A stretch of 60,283 nt of DNA, filler included, from Bipalium vagum (lineage: Eukaryota), in the NCBI GenBank assembly GCA_037834085.1. It is 3 parts of 3 records of this genome, joined end to end, with 100 filler letters (N's around TTAATTAATTAA, not from the genome) between each part and the next. Parts side by side here need not be neighbours in the genome. Positions count along the whole stretch, not along the records: positions 1 to 17,623 come from JBBMKC010058319.1; positions 17,724 to 43,687 come from JBBMKC010168921.1; 1 more part is not named here. One strand, 5' to 3'. A model generated the notes under the pieces. The model had not been told where the DNA came from. It saw only the letters and a program-made list of their open reading frames with translations, and made no database searches. Below, piece after piece: positions 13,024 through 25,600 of this stretch; the first letter of the stretch is position 1, and each line of letters starts with the position of its first letter. Both the position numbers and the translations under genes were made by a program.

Positions 13024-14093
13024 TGTTGGGTTTACACAAGACACCCCCGGGAAAAGATAACCAAGAAAAATGATTAAAAGGGTATAGATGTTAAGATTAT
13101 TAATAATATTATTAATAATTAAAATTAATTAACACTTGAAAAACAATTAAAAATTTACAGATATTTTTAGGTTGAACATACTTAGAAAATACAACAACCA
13201 TCCAAAAGTAATTTTTATTTTTAAAGAAGTCCACAAGAGGGAATTTATAAATATTAATGGTCATCAGGAAATAATTTTTAGGGAATTCTAGAGTTTTGAT
13301 AAAATTTTGAGAATTTTAAGATTAATTTTGAGATTATTTCAAGAATAATCTCCAGATGAAGATCAGTTTCAGAAAAGTATATAAGAAGAGATTCTCGCAT
13401 AATTTCACCCCTTCAGAGAATGTGCGAAATATTGTACTACGACAGAATATTGTGCTACGAGAGAAGAATCTACGACAGAATATTGTACTATGAAAGAAGA
13501 ATCTACGGCAAAGATTTGTGTTACGAGATCTACGACAGAAGATTTTTGCTACGACTATTAGCAGGAGATATTGGTCGCACGGAGGAAAATAATACCTTCA
13601 AGTATTTTAATAATTGCCGTACTTGGACTATGCTTAAATTCCCCATCAGCAGGTTATCGGTGAGGAACCGTTAGGGCTCAGACGATGGCTCGGGAGTTTT
13701 AGCGGAAAATATACTGTTTTTGTCTTATCTTATTATTTTATTTTAAGTAAACATTAATATTGATTAAAATAGTGTATAAATAATATTTTGTTTTAATTAG
13801 ACTTTGAATTAAACAATATATTTTAATTACTGTTTGATATTAAAAGTACTTATTATTCTTTTAATTAATTTGATTTTATTGTTGTTCGATTATATTTTAT
13901 TTTTCAGAAGTTGCTTGATTGTGAAACATTTCAGACATTAATTGTGATCCCAGACTTTTGATTATCCTTCTGTATTTTTGTGAAGTTCAGTGATTGTGTG
14001 ATATAAATACAATTGTTGCTTTACTGACTGTTATTATTTGCACCACCTAAGAGTTGGAGTCAGGTCTAGATTTGGTACACTAAATAGTGAACA
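13024..14093 (+). mobile_element. Solo LTR (1070 bp), probably Gypsy-type
   Basis: Termini TGTT...AACA flanked on both sides by TATA (13020-13023 and 14094-14097); internal TATA-like gtatataag near 13377 followed by a tandem-repeat block; no adjacent internal retroelement sequence. A TATA match is weak evidence in AT-rich DNA. Confidence 0.7.
13432..13556 (+). repeat. Tandem repeat inside the solo LTR: 33-bp higher-order unit (18+15 nt, ctacga core), about 3.5 copies
   Basis: ctacgacagaatattgtg-ctacgagagaagaat / ctacgacagaatattgta-ctatgaaagaagaat / ctacggcaaagatttgtg-ttacgagat / ctacgacagaagatttttg-ctacga. Confidence 0.85.
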
Positions 14094-17077
14094 TATAACA
14101 CATAAAAACGGTTAATTTATTTCATGTTATAAATGTGGAGATTGTGCCAAGATGCCGTTAGACGAAGAGCATCAAGGAAAAAAGTATTATTCAGATAAAA
14201 AACTTTTGACTTAATTTCATGTTGACTCAGACAACTTCGTTTTTCAATTTGAATTTTAATTTGCACATTGCTTAATATTTAAATATTTTATGTGATTTTA
14301 TCTACTGATCAAATAATTCTGCTTATTTTATGTAAGTTCTTCGGCGGTTGAATATAAATAAAACTGACATTAGAATTTTCATAATAAATAAAATAAAACA
14401 AAGCAAATAAATAAATTGTAAGTAAAAATATTTGGTAATCTGGGCTCATAAAATATTTAGAAATATGTTAAAAGTAATAAAAGATTTCAATAAAGGGTTT
14501 ATTGGGTCAGAAAAGTATGATGAAATAGTATGAGCATATAGTTATCAAGATAGGTTGATATAAGATGATGTTTTGTTCGGGTATTACGTAGTCGACTACT
14601 GATGGAGAAATAAATGTAGATGCCGAATTAGTTAAAATTAAAAATAGAGTGATACCTATTTCTCTGTAATTTTACAGTAAGCGTTAATGCAACTGTTGTG
14701 TTAAGTAGAAGCCAGGAAATGATAAGAACTAATCGATTCAAGTAACCAATATTTTTTACTTCTTGAGTTTTGATTTTTGTTTGAAGTTTCACTGATGTAG
14801 TTGGTTGAAAAATAGATTTTATCAAAGAAAGTCTTCACTTATCTTCAACGTGAAAGAATATTCTTTTCTTTAATTAATTTTTATTCAGTTTGTAACTAGT
14901 ATACATTTTGGTTTTATTAAATCATTTTAGTTATTTTGCAGATTTTTATTAGTCATGTGCACAGTATAATCATTTAAATCTTTTGGAGTCAGATTCTAAC
15001 TTGTATTGCAACTGAATAGGATAGTTACTCGTCTATCGATTAGTGTTTATCTTGATATGTAAATCAGCTGTAAGAACAAAATATAATAGGGATCCAATTT
15101 AATTGAGATAACTTTATATTGGAAAACTTAAACGTTTTATTTTAATAAAATCAATTTACATTTATATGAAATTCTTTATTAAAATGTATGTTATATTTGT
15201 TTGAATAATACTATTTATGCATCACATAATAATTTAATATTTCTTGTTGAAATCCTTATTGCAAAAAAGAATTACAAATACTCACATCAGGCACTGATTG
15301 TTGTATGACTATAATCATGTTGAAGACTCACACTTGACCTGTCCACCTGGCGTAATATTTGAGCTAATTTGAAACTCTTGTTGGTATTCTTGACTCACAT
15401 TATTTACCATATTTTCAAAGCTATCTTAAGAAGACATCTAAAATATTTCAAAATATGCTTTAAACATACCCTATTAGAAAACTTTCACATTACACTAATT
15501 TATCACTAAACGATTTATAATTTATTATTTAACCTATTATATAGTCCTTTTCAAATTTATTGATCCTTTTACATTCTGCTTTATATTTTATAAAATAACT
15601 AAGAAAAAAAATTAAGTCTTAAACTTAAATAATTAATCAACTTTCATAAAACAATCAAAAATCAAATTAAAAAAGTCTACAAGATTTTAATTTTTATTTA
15701 ACAAATCCTTGATAAATGATGCCAAATCAATGGCCAAATTTATTGGACAAAAGTGTCTTACTGAAACAAATATATTAAAACGAACAATTTTGAAGAACTA
15801 CCAATACGCATATTTAATTATTCTTTTGGTTCAATTTTACATTAAGAGCTATGTCCGTAATATTGTCATATAATTCTGAAACCATGTCCAATTTAGTTTC
15901 ATTTACAATTTCAACACATTTTTGAATTTTAACACACTAGTTATTTTTAGTAAAGAAGGCTTTCGTTTCATATACTAAATCTTTCAAATATTTAAAAATA
16001 TTTTCTATTCTTGACATGTCGGGACTATGAGGTGACCAATTATGGACCAATATACAGCTATTTCATCGGTTCCCATCTTCTCGTGAATTTTTGGCGAATT
16101 CAAAAAATTCTGATTCTAAAATTAGGGCGTAAAATATAATAATGCTTATTTTAAAACATAACCAAGTCTATTTTTGATTCAAATTTTCGCTGGCCATTTT
16201 TATATTTTTTAAACAATATATGCTTTTATATGTATTTATGCATATATTTATTAATTTATTATTTAATTTTAGTATTATTTACAGGGTTATGCAGAAATAT
16301 ATAGAAAAATTTTCAGAAATATATAATGGAAATGTACACTAAATAAATTATTGTCTCGCCAAGGTTTTTCTATAAAAAATAGTATGTTGCAAAAATAATC
16401 ACTTAAGACCAATTGAATTAAAATTAATGAATTAACATAATTAATTAATTACAAATTAATTAATTAAAACTTAATTTGTTGGTTTGGTTTTAATTTTAAA
16501 TTAAATTAAATTAAATTAGTTTGTTTTAATGTGAAAGAAAATAATAAAAGACAGTAAAAAGTACATTTTCAAGTTTCTTTAGAAATATTAACTCAGATTT
16601 TATATATAATATTTTAATATTATGTTTAACATATAAAATATAAACATATTTAAACAAACAATTAACACCAAACCCTTTATAGTCTATTTCTAGATAAATA
16701 GAAGTCTCTTTTTTGGCAAGAATGGCTAAATCTCAGTAAGACCAAATTCTTTTGATAATATATAAATATATAATGATAATAATAATTTTTTTATTATTAT
16801 TATAATGATATTTCTGAGTGACAGAACAACGCATTTTAGTGGATTTGGAAAGTTTTCAATTAATTTAGTCATTTAAAGCCAAAAATCAAATATAACATTA
16901 AAAATAGATTATGCAGTGAATGTGTTGATTGTCCCAATTGTCACTGGATGCTATTGTAGAAAATTGAGAGAAAAGTGATATAAATATTTCACAGAAGGAT
17001 CGGAAATTTGTCATATTAAATAATAATTTTGATAAATAATTATTGGTCTCTCAAACTGAAATCGAAAGGAAATAGAA

Positions 17078-17623
17078 ATGAGACTGGTATTCATTTCCTT
17101 GTTAATAGGGTACGCTTTCGGATTGTCGGGTAAGTCTTTTAATTCATTTCATGTAATCAAGTTGCTGCCTTATTTCCATGTTCACAGATATTATCTTATC
17201 TACCAGGAGAACAACAAATGCTGCTAATCAATATCCGAAATACACTCATCCTAAGGCTGTCGATGGAAATAGCAACGGAAATATGGAACTAGGTTTTTGA
17301 AAGTTTTTACAAAATTATTAAAAGAAAAAGTTTTGTAGGACATTGCTTTCATAGTGGAGAGGTGAATGCTGAAAAATGGTGGCTCGTTGTCCTGGACGTG
17401 GTTTCCGTGATCAGTAAGATTGAAATCTATGGAAGAACTGATTCTTGCCGTATGTTTTCAATGTTGATCGGTAATAAAAATGAATTTTAGAATGGAGAAA
17501 CAGCAAAATGACACTTCATGCCAGCATTGACAATGCAATTACCTTTTCCCCAAGTTCTAAGAAATTCTACAAGATACATTATTATCAAGGTCCACCAACA
17601 TCTCAGAATCAAATCATTTATAT
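17078..17623 (+). CDS. Secreted F-type lectin (fucolectin/FTP domain), 3' end lost in the assembly gap
   Basis: Exons 17078-17129, 17188-17292, 17339-17449, 17491->17623 with GT-AG introns of 58, 46 and 41 nt, all phase 1. Protein: MRLVFISLLIGYAFGLS (signal-like) DIILSTRRTTNAANQYPKYTHPKAVDGNSNGNMELGHCFHSGEVNAEKWWLVVLDVVSVISKIEIYGRTDSCQWRNSKMTLHASIDNAITFSPSSKKFYKIHYYQGPPTSQNQIIY. Contains AVDGN (Ca-site motif), CFH, WW-x-V-x-L and H-x27-R-x-D-x4-R. Confidence 0.88.
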
Positions 17624-17723
17624 NNNNNNNNNNNNNNNNNNNNNNNNNNNNNNNNNNNNNNNNNNNNTTAATTAATTAANNNNNNNNNNNNNNNNNNNNN
17701 NNNNNNNNNNNNNNNNNNNNNNN
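17624..17723. other. Artificial assembly spacer (44 N + TTAATTAATTAA + 44 N)
   Basis: Exactly 100 bp; the central 12-mer is palindromic and places TAA stops in all six frames; identical to 43688-43787. Confidence 0.95.
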
Positions 17724-19665
17724 ATAATAATATATTATAATAAATATCGAGAAAAGTCCTCCATCATTTCTTAAAATAATAAAAATGTCTCAAAATTCTT
17801 TAATTAAAGAAGTTCTCAATATTAAATAATAAATATCTTTTACTTTCAAAAATGTTGATAATGAACAGGAGATTTTAAAAAAGTGAAAATTGTAAAGCAA
17901 AATTATAATATTCCGCCCTTTACTGTTCAAAATATTTATTGGCTAGGTCTTATTTTGTCTAGAAATCAATAAAAGTTGTTTTAGAAAATTTTTATTTAAA
18001 ATATCTGGAATAAAAATTCAAGTATAATGTACTGGAAAACGTATGTCGATATTGCAGCGGAAAGAAAATATAAAAAAGGAAAAAAATAAAAAATAGATTG
18101 TGCCTATTGTTAGGAATTTTAATACGGATTTTTAACTGTACTTGCTCACTGAACTCTGAATAAAAAACTTAAAGTACACTTTTAGACAATGTTACTTTAT
18201 TTGATCATACAACAGTCGAAAGAAATGAGCCTTAGAAGTGTCAATGAACCTTTTAATGGGACACTGATCACACTAAAGCATAAAATCCACGGACTCAAAC
18301 AATATGAATAAATTTTACGAAAACTAACAGTTTGTAAATGAAATGAATCGAATCGAATAAAATGAGATTAACAATTCGATTGTGCTCACAATGAGTTCAC
18401 TTCAGCTAGGGCTTATTGACAATCTACGGAGCACCTCACAGTTATTCTTTATATTTTAAGCAGGCGGTTGATCTGACTGCAATTTCATGGGCACAAAAAG
18501 ATTTCCATGGAGAATACCACACTTATGTAAATCAATTTAATGATGCTTGAAAGAGTATGTCCCCGCTGTGTTGTAATTGCAAATTTATTTTCCAGTAATC
18601 ATAATAATTGTCAAAGCATCACTTAAACGTTATATAAGAACATTAACAAATTATTATTATAAAGATTATTGTGACAGCAAAACATCAAGAAAGTTCCTTT
18701 TTTAATATCAGTAAAAAATTAGTAAACTTTAAAGAAACTCAATAGCTCAGTGTTTCTGATATTGGGGAAACTCGACTGATTTCGTATTTCGGTATATATA
18801 TACAATTCCTGGCGACACGGCAACCAGTCTCTAAACCAGGGAGAGTGCCAAGAACAACCAGTGATTATTAAATTAGTTGGAAGATTTATTACCATTTTCA
18901 ACTCCTTTTTCTTTTGTTTAACATTCTTTATTTACTGTTGATATATTTGGTGCTTATCAGTGTATCAGTGTGATTTCGACATTGATTTGATTTATTACTT
19001 TATTATTTTATTATAATAATAATATTTTATTATTATCAGATTTTCATCACATACCCTGAAGACCAGTGCAAAAATCTCACCAAAAAATCCAGTAGATAAT
19101 AATTAAAAAAATAAACTCTCAAACAGCTGAGACTTAGCCACGAATAAGTGCGTCTCCAATTATTTATAAAATAATAATCCACAATAAAAATACACTTAAA
19201 AATTTTTTGTTAACACTCAAAATGTGTTTAAATTTCAATGGAGCAAAACTAAAAATAAATAAAATAACAATTTTTCAATGGTAACAGTGTCCAAAATAAA
19301 TATTACTTATACTGATAAAAGGTCTTTCAAGAGCGTTACCTCTACCAAAACTCAACATTTCTCAGACTCCGGCACCGAAATGAAATCAGAGGAATGTCAG
19401 TAGACATAATTAAAAATTGAAAATTGATAGAAAATGTGAAGGTTTTATTAAAATATCAATAATTACAGCTGTGACAGCCAGCACCAAATTAGGTCTAATG
19501 ATGCTGAACTCAAATGATAAAGGTCTTACACCAGGTCAAATATATCTGCGGCCATCGATTTTTAGTGACTAAAAACTCAAAAGAAAAACCGAAATATATA
19601 TCGATTTATTTAATGAAGAAATCAGAAATTCCGTAAGAAAATGAAAAAATTAAGATTTAACTTAG

Positions 19666-22600
19666 TTATAAATTTAAGTTTTTTAGCATTTTATCAAATT
19701 CTCGGAAAGTTGATTGGGTAAAATTGGCTTTTGATACTGTAGACCTTGGCTTTGGGAAGGTTGGTGGTGGAGACTTTTTCTGAGAGTTTATAGACTCAGA
19801 TCGAACCACATTCGGAATTTTATTTTGAGAATTGGATTCAACATCCTCTTCGCTTAGAACCGGTGTGGTACGGATTGGTGGTTTAGGAAACTGGCGATAT
19901 TTGAAAAATGTTGATTCAGAGAGCGTATAGTTGGTAGGGGACGATTTTGGCGGAATCGGTAATGTGTTAAAGGTTGGCGAGATACTTGTCGATGATCTTG
20001 AGCTGCTAGTGAATTGCAACGCCGAATAATCCTGGCAAACAAAAAATAAAATAATATTATTGAAACTAATAAAAAAAGTTTGATGAGCAGAAGAGCAACG
20101 AATGTATAATAAATGTATGGTTTCTTTTAATATCATTTATTATTTAAAGTAATATCAACGTCAGTAACAATTACGACAAATGCTTTAATGACAATTTCTC
20201 ATCTTACTAATTATTGTATAATGATAATAATAAATGCTTATTGTACACCTGGATTATATTCTTTTATATAAATGACCTTTATCACTAGTAGTAGAAATAC
20301 AGAATTACGTACATTAATCGATTGTTTAACTGAATCTTATTAAAATATAAACCACAAAAATACATTTTTAAAGTTCCTTAATTTTGTAAATAAAAGTTTA
20401 TTTATAAATGATCTTTTTTTGAGTTAAATAAAATTCATAAAAAAATTCTTGATACATAGCTTAGCAAATTATATTATTTTATTACATTATAAATATATTT
20501 AATTTTTATTTAATAATTAATTAAATTAAAATAGTAGATCAAATTAATTGTTTTATTAATATTTATTAAATTTCAATAATAATATAAAAATAAATTTCTT
20601 TTTCCTTTTCTTCTTCTTCTTCTTCTTCTAATAATAATAATACCACTATTATTATTATTATTATTATAAAATTAATAATAATTATACAAATTTATCAATA
20701 ATAACATATTTCTAAAAATAAAAATAGTGTGAAATTCTTAATTTTAATGAAAATTTTATCACCAGAAAGAAATAAATAAATCAGAAAATATCAAATTAAA
20801 GGGAAATTGAGCTAAGTAAATACAGGCTTTGATATCGTTCAAATAAACATTTTTTTGCTTGAGAATATCACATTTTCCAATTATTTTATTGGCGATTTCA
20901 CAGTCTGCAATTGCACCTTGGAAAGTATTAGCTCTGTATGTGCAGAAATATATTACAATTATACTTTTAATTTTATTATAATAAATAAAATAAATCTTTG
21001 TAAAAGAATTAATAATTTATAAATTTTCTTGCTAAAAATTAAGGTCATTGAAAATTAAAATCTTTTCTACGTAAAGGTAACCTTTTCCATATTAGTAAAA
21101 AAAATTATACTAAAAATAGAAATATGTAATTATGTTTTCGGAAATTTCTAAATCTTTTGTGACTGAGACGTTGCTAGTAAAAATTGTATATTTTGTAATT
21201 GTGTTGTTAGTCAAGTCAATAACGACATGATGGATATGGGAACGGGTATCAATGTTTCAAAAAATGAGACATGAACTGAAAATGATGAAGTCCAGATCAA
21301 TCAACTGTTGACATATGATCGCGAATGCCAAAAATGAAAACCAAACCATTTTGTTTATCGAAATTACCGAAACGTCATTTAATACGGCTACCTATAAATA
21401 AAAAAGATGTTTATCACAAAACGCTCGAGGCATTTTAATTCCTCGAGACGGTATATTGTCCAATGTTTACACTAAATATCATTAACAATGTAATTCAAAG
21501 CCCAAAAGGTTCAGCGTAGTAAGTGATATGATAAGTGGTATCGAACGATGCACACATTTCAGATGAAATTTTTTATAATAAGTTTAATAATTGTTATTGT
21601 TTTGTCCATTTTCCAATCGTTTTTTCGGTTTCATTGAATTGTTCATTCTCCGTTGTCTCTGTCCTCATTATTCCGTATTTGTTTTAAATGTCTTATAAAC
21701 ATCGAATAATTGTTATTGTAAAACGTACTAAACCCATTGGGTTATTTAACACCATTCGAGGACAACATCGGTAATTGGGCAAAAAATAAGGGTTGTTTTA
21801 TTTGCAAGTTAAACAAAATTAATGTTTTCACAGGAACTGGCAATAATTCTGGTCTTTCGAGAATTTGTTTAAATTATTTTTAGTTGAAATAGAAAAACAA
21901 AAGAAATTATTGGAAATAATAAAGTCAATTTTTAAATATTATAAGAACATATGAGTATTTGATTAAAATTGTAACGTGCAATGAAAATACTCTCCTACTG
22001 ACTATCATTTTTTTATCCCTTTTCTCACTTTGTGCAAGAGAAAATCCTCCATAACTGCAATGATTTACAGAATGCACTCCTTGAGTTTATTGATTCTCGA
22101 TTACCGGACTTATACATCGGTTAAAAAGTGCAATTATTTTCTTAACAATATCATACAGTATAATCATTATTAACTTTTCAAATAATGCAGACAACATTTT
22201 GTGATCAATGCTTATCCAGAAAAAATATATTCAAGTAGTATAAATTTTTCGGAGAAGGTCGTGAATCCATAAAAGATGAAGCTCGTTCTGGTTGTACATG
22301 AAAATCGATAGCAAAAGGAAATGTAAGAACTGTTAAGGACAAAGTTATGACAAATCGTCATTTCACAGTAAAAGAGCTTGCAGATGATGTAGGCAAATTC
22401 ATAGGTTCAGTGGATGTTGTTTTAAGTGATGTATTGGGCCTACAACGTTTATCAACTAAGGTGGTACCAAAATCATTGGATTTTTTTGCAAAAACAGCAT
22501 TGTGTAGATGTTGCTAAAGAGATGCTGGAGCAAGTAGAAAATAATCCAACATTCATCAACATTATTATTATTGTTGACCAGACACGGGTTTACCAGTTTA

Positions 22601-25600
22601 ATATTCTGACAAAACAACAGTCTAGTGAATAGCGAACTCCGGATGAACCAAGACCTAAAAGAATTCGACAAACGTAATAAAAAATCAGGACGCTGTTAAT
22701 AGTTTTTATGAATTATCGTGGTGTAGTTCATCTTGAATTTTTTGCAGAAAGTTGTACCTTAAATAAAGATTATTATTTACAAGTTATGCGTCATTTACGT
22801 GATGCGATTCGTCAAAAAAGACCAGGTTTGTGAGCAGACAATTCATGGTTTTTATACGACGACAACTCCGCTTCTCATGATGCAATTATTATTCATGGGT
22901 TTTTATCTAAAATGTTATTATGCATTTCACTTTAGGACTTTTTTCTGTTCAATTGAGTAAAGTAACCACTTCGAGAAACCAGATTTGATTCGGTTGAATC
23001 AATAAAACAAAAATCAAAAGATGAACTTATAAACATTCCGAAGTGATTTTTGAAAAGTGCTTTCTGAATTGGATTTAACGTTGGTGCATGTGGATACTGA
23101 CATGAAGGTACTGTGAAGGAAACAAAATACATTGAGATGATTAAATAAATAATGTTTCATTATGACAGTCACATTTCTTTTTGAGCATAGTAATAGTATA
23201 TAATATTTTAAAATGTTTAAGAGTGATTTGGTAAACAGTATTAAGGGTTTTATGACCAAAATATCGATGGAAAATCTAACACTGATTCAGTATAAATAGA
23301 CAAAATATGAAATTTTTGAACCACCTATAAACAGGGGTTTTCAATATTACCTGATCAATAAATGTCAATTTAAAAGATCTTAGTAATTTTATGATATCCT
23401 TCCACAAAGATTTATAGAAAATAATTAAATGTACATTTTTCTGGCCGTTTATTTTTGTCAACAACTTTTTCCGAAACTTTCCAAATTACTCTCGCATTAT
23501 AAAATTAACTGAAATCAATTATTTTTTTAAAAAATGTTTAAATATAAACTTCTAAAGATAAAAGTGAATATAAAAAAATTTTGTACTCACAAATAAACTT
23601 GATGGTCTTGAATCTTTATCGGATATTATCGAGGAATGAATTGAGTCAGATGATGTACAGTTAACCAATTCATGCTGGGGACTGTTGGGTACACCCGGCT
23701 TGATGACAGAACCATTAGATGGTAAAATACTTGTTTCTTCACAAACTTCATTTTCATCTACAACAGGAAGAGGATCGTTTCCAATTTTTGAGCAAAAAGC
23801 TTTTTTAAAAAATTCCGTCTCTGTAATATCATGATTGCTTTCGGAATTTATATTTATCTGTTCTTTTTTATCTTCCTCCTTTATCAAAGAATACAATTCA
23901 TTGGAAAAGATCTCAATGTCCTCATTAGTGCTTTTTGATGAACACTCCCCATTTTCTGTAGGTGTCTCTGCAATCAGAGCATCTATTTTAGAAATTATTT
24001 CTGGTGAAATATAATTATTTAGTTGATTCTCTGAATATAGATCTTCATTTTCCTTCACTGTAATATCCGAAGATGAATCAATATTAATAATACTTTGGAG
24101 GGTTAGTTCCTTTTCATAATATATTGTATTGACTACACCCTGGTCACAGGCTGTTTCTTTTATGTTTTCTTGTTTTTCTTCGTCATTAATATGAGTTTTA
24201 ACCAACGGTATAGTTTCAGAAGTGATTTTGTTCAAAACTTTATTGCTTTCTTTATCATTCAGAAAATCATCAGCATCCAGACTTCGACTGAAAAAGCTGC
24301 CACCAATATCAGAATTTCTTACCAAAGGATTTTTTTTGGGAAATTTCATTAGATTATGTGAATTTATTTCGGGACTTTTTTGACAAGTTGGCTTAAGAGT
24401 ACCATACAATTTTGGTTCAACGTCAAATGACATTTCTGATACCGATGACTTACTTAAAGTCATACATGAATTATTTATAAATCTTTCTCCTAGTTTCATT
24501 TGCCGTGTGTTATTTTTCAGTTTTTCAGCAATCAGAATCGCGTCTTTCACAGAAAATATGAAACTTCCATTTCCAGTAGTGCAATTCCTTCCGGCTTCGA
24601 TTCTCAAAAATTTTTCTTTAGCTCCAAACCTAGATTCAGAAAGATTAGGAACCTTTAGGAAATTTTGGAAAATTTTATGTATTATATATCTGAGCGCACA
24701 ATAATAAAAATCTCTCAACAAATTCAGTTCAAATGAGTAAAGTTGGAAATCGCAAAATTTTATTGGGCAAATAAATGAACGAATTAAAAGACGATTAGGA
24801 ATTATCGATTTCACAAAGATACATTCAACAGAATAAAGAGAATATGCCAACATGAAACATGTTTGATATTACTTTAAAAATATTGATAACACAAAATATA
24901 ATAAATTATTATTTTATTTTAAATCTTTACAGAAAATATTCTGTTTTACAGTTAAATTAAAATAATTATTGAATTAACTTTTTCTGGGACTTTTACACTT
25001 GTTTTAATGATTTAATTACAAATTTATTGATTAAATAAAACACAATTTTTTATTAAAATTTAAAAATTATTTTCCGTAGAGATTTAAAAGGAATATTATG
25101 TTAATACTAACGATTTTATATTATAATCAATATACTTTCAATAGTGCGAGAAAATCTAGATTGTTCCTTTTTAAAATTAATAAGAAATTAATAATAAATA
25201 CTATTGTAAATAAAACAATTTAAACAAAACATTTTTTGTAACATGAAAATCCAAATAAAAAAATTTAACTATTTCATTTAATTAAATGATTTCTTATGGC
25301 AGCCTTTTATTTTGATAGATGAGAACAGCGTTATTCATCAATTAGTAATTCTTTTAATGATTGAAAATGAATAACAAATGGCATTTGAAACAAGAAAAGA
25401 AGTTGACTTGACTTCATAGGTATTTTTATTGTCTTTTAAACCATACCAGCAATCGATTGATAAACGTTTGAGTGTAGACATTAAGCAAAAATAAATAATT
25501 TTTTATTAAATTAATAAACAAAATAAATATATAATCATTAGGTGGAATTAAAATTATGGAATAATTATTTTTTATAAGTAATTATAATTATTGATTGATT

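Noticed and set aside
13420-13674. ORF with YDRILCYERRI repeats or a CRISPR-like array
   Set aside because: Product of the 33-bp tandem repeat inside the solo LTR; no unique spacers, no cas genes, eukaryotic context.
14154-14164. GCCGTTAGACG, matching the 5' start of the planarian spliced leader as I recall it
   Set aside because: Only 11 nt match; the rest of the leader, the ATG|GT donor and an Sm site are absent.
15286-15437. Minus-strand exon-like segment with ttttag acceptor and gtgagt donor
   Set aside because: Stops in all three frames near its start and no homology recognised; at most a non-coding or dead exon.
18741-18830. tRNA/SINE-like A-box (tagctcagtg) and tggcgacac PBS-like motif
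   Set aside because: No B-box or cloverleaf, and no definable LTR pair or gag downstream.
24630-24853. N-terminal part of the 433-aa ORF 23552-24853
   Set aside because: Intronic read-through; homology and phase place the acceptor at 24631-24630, with coding starting at 24629.
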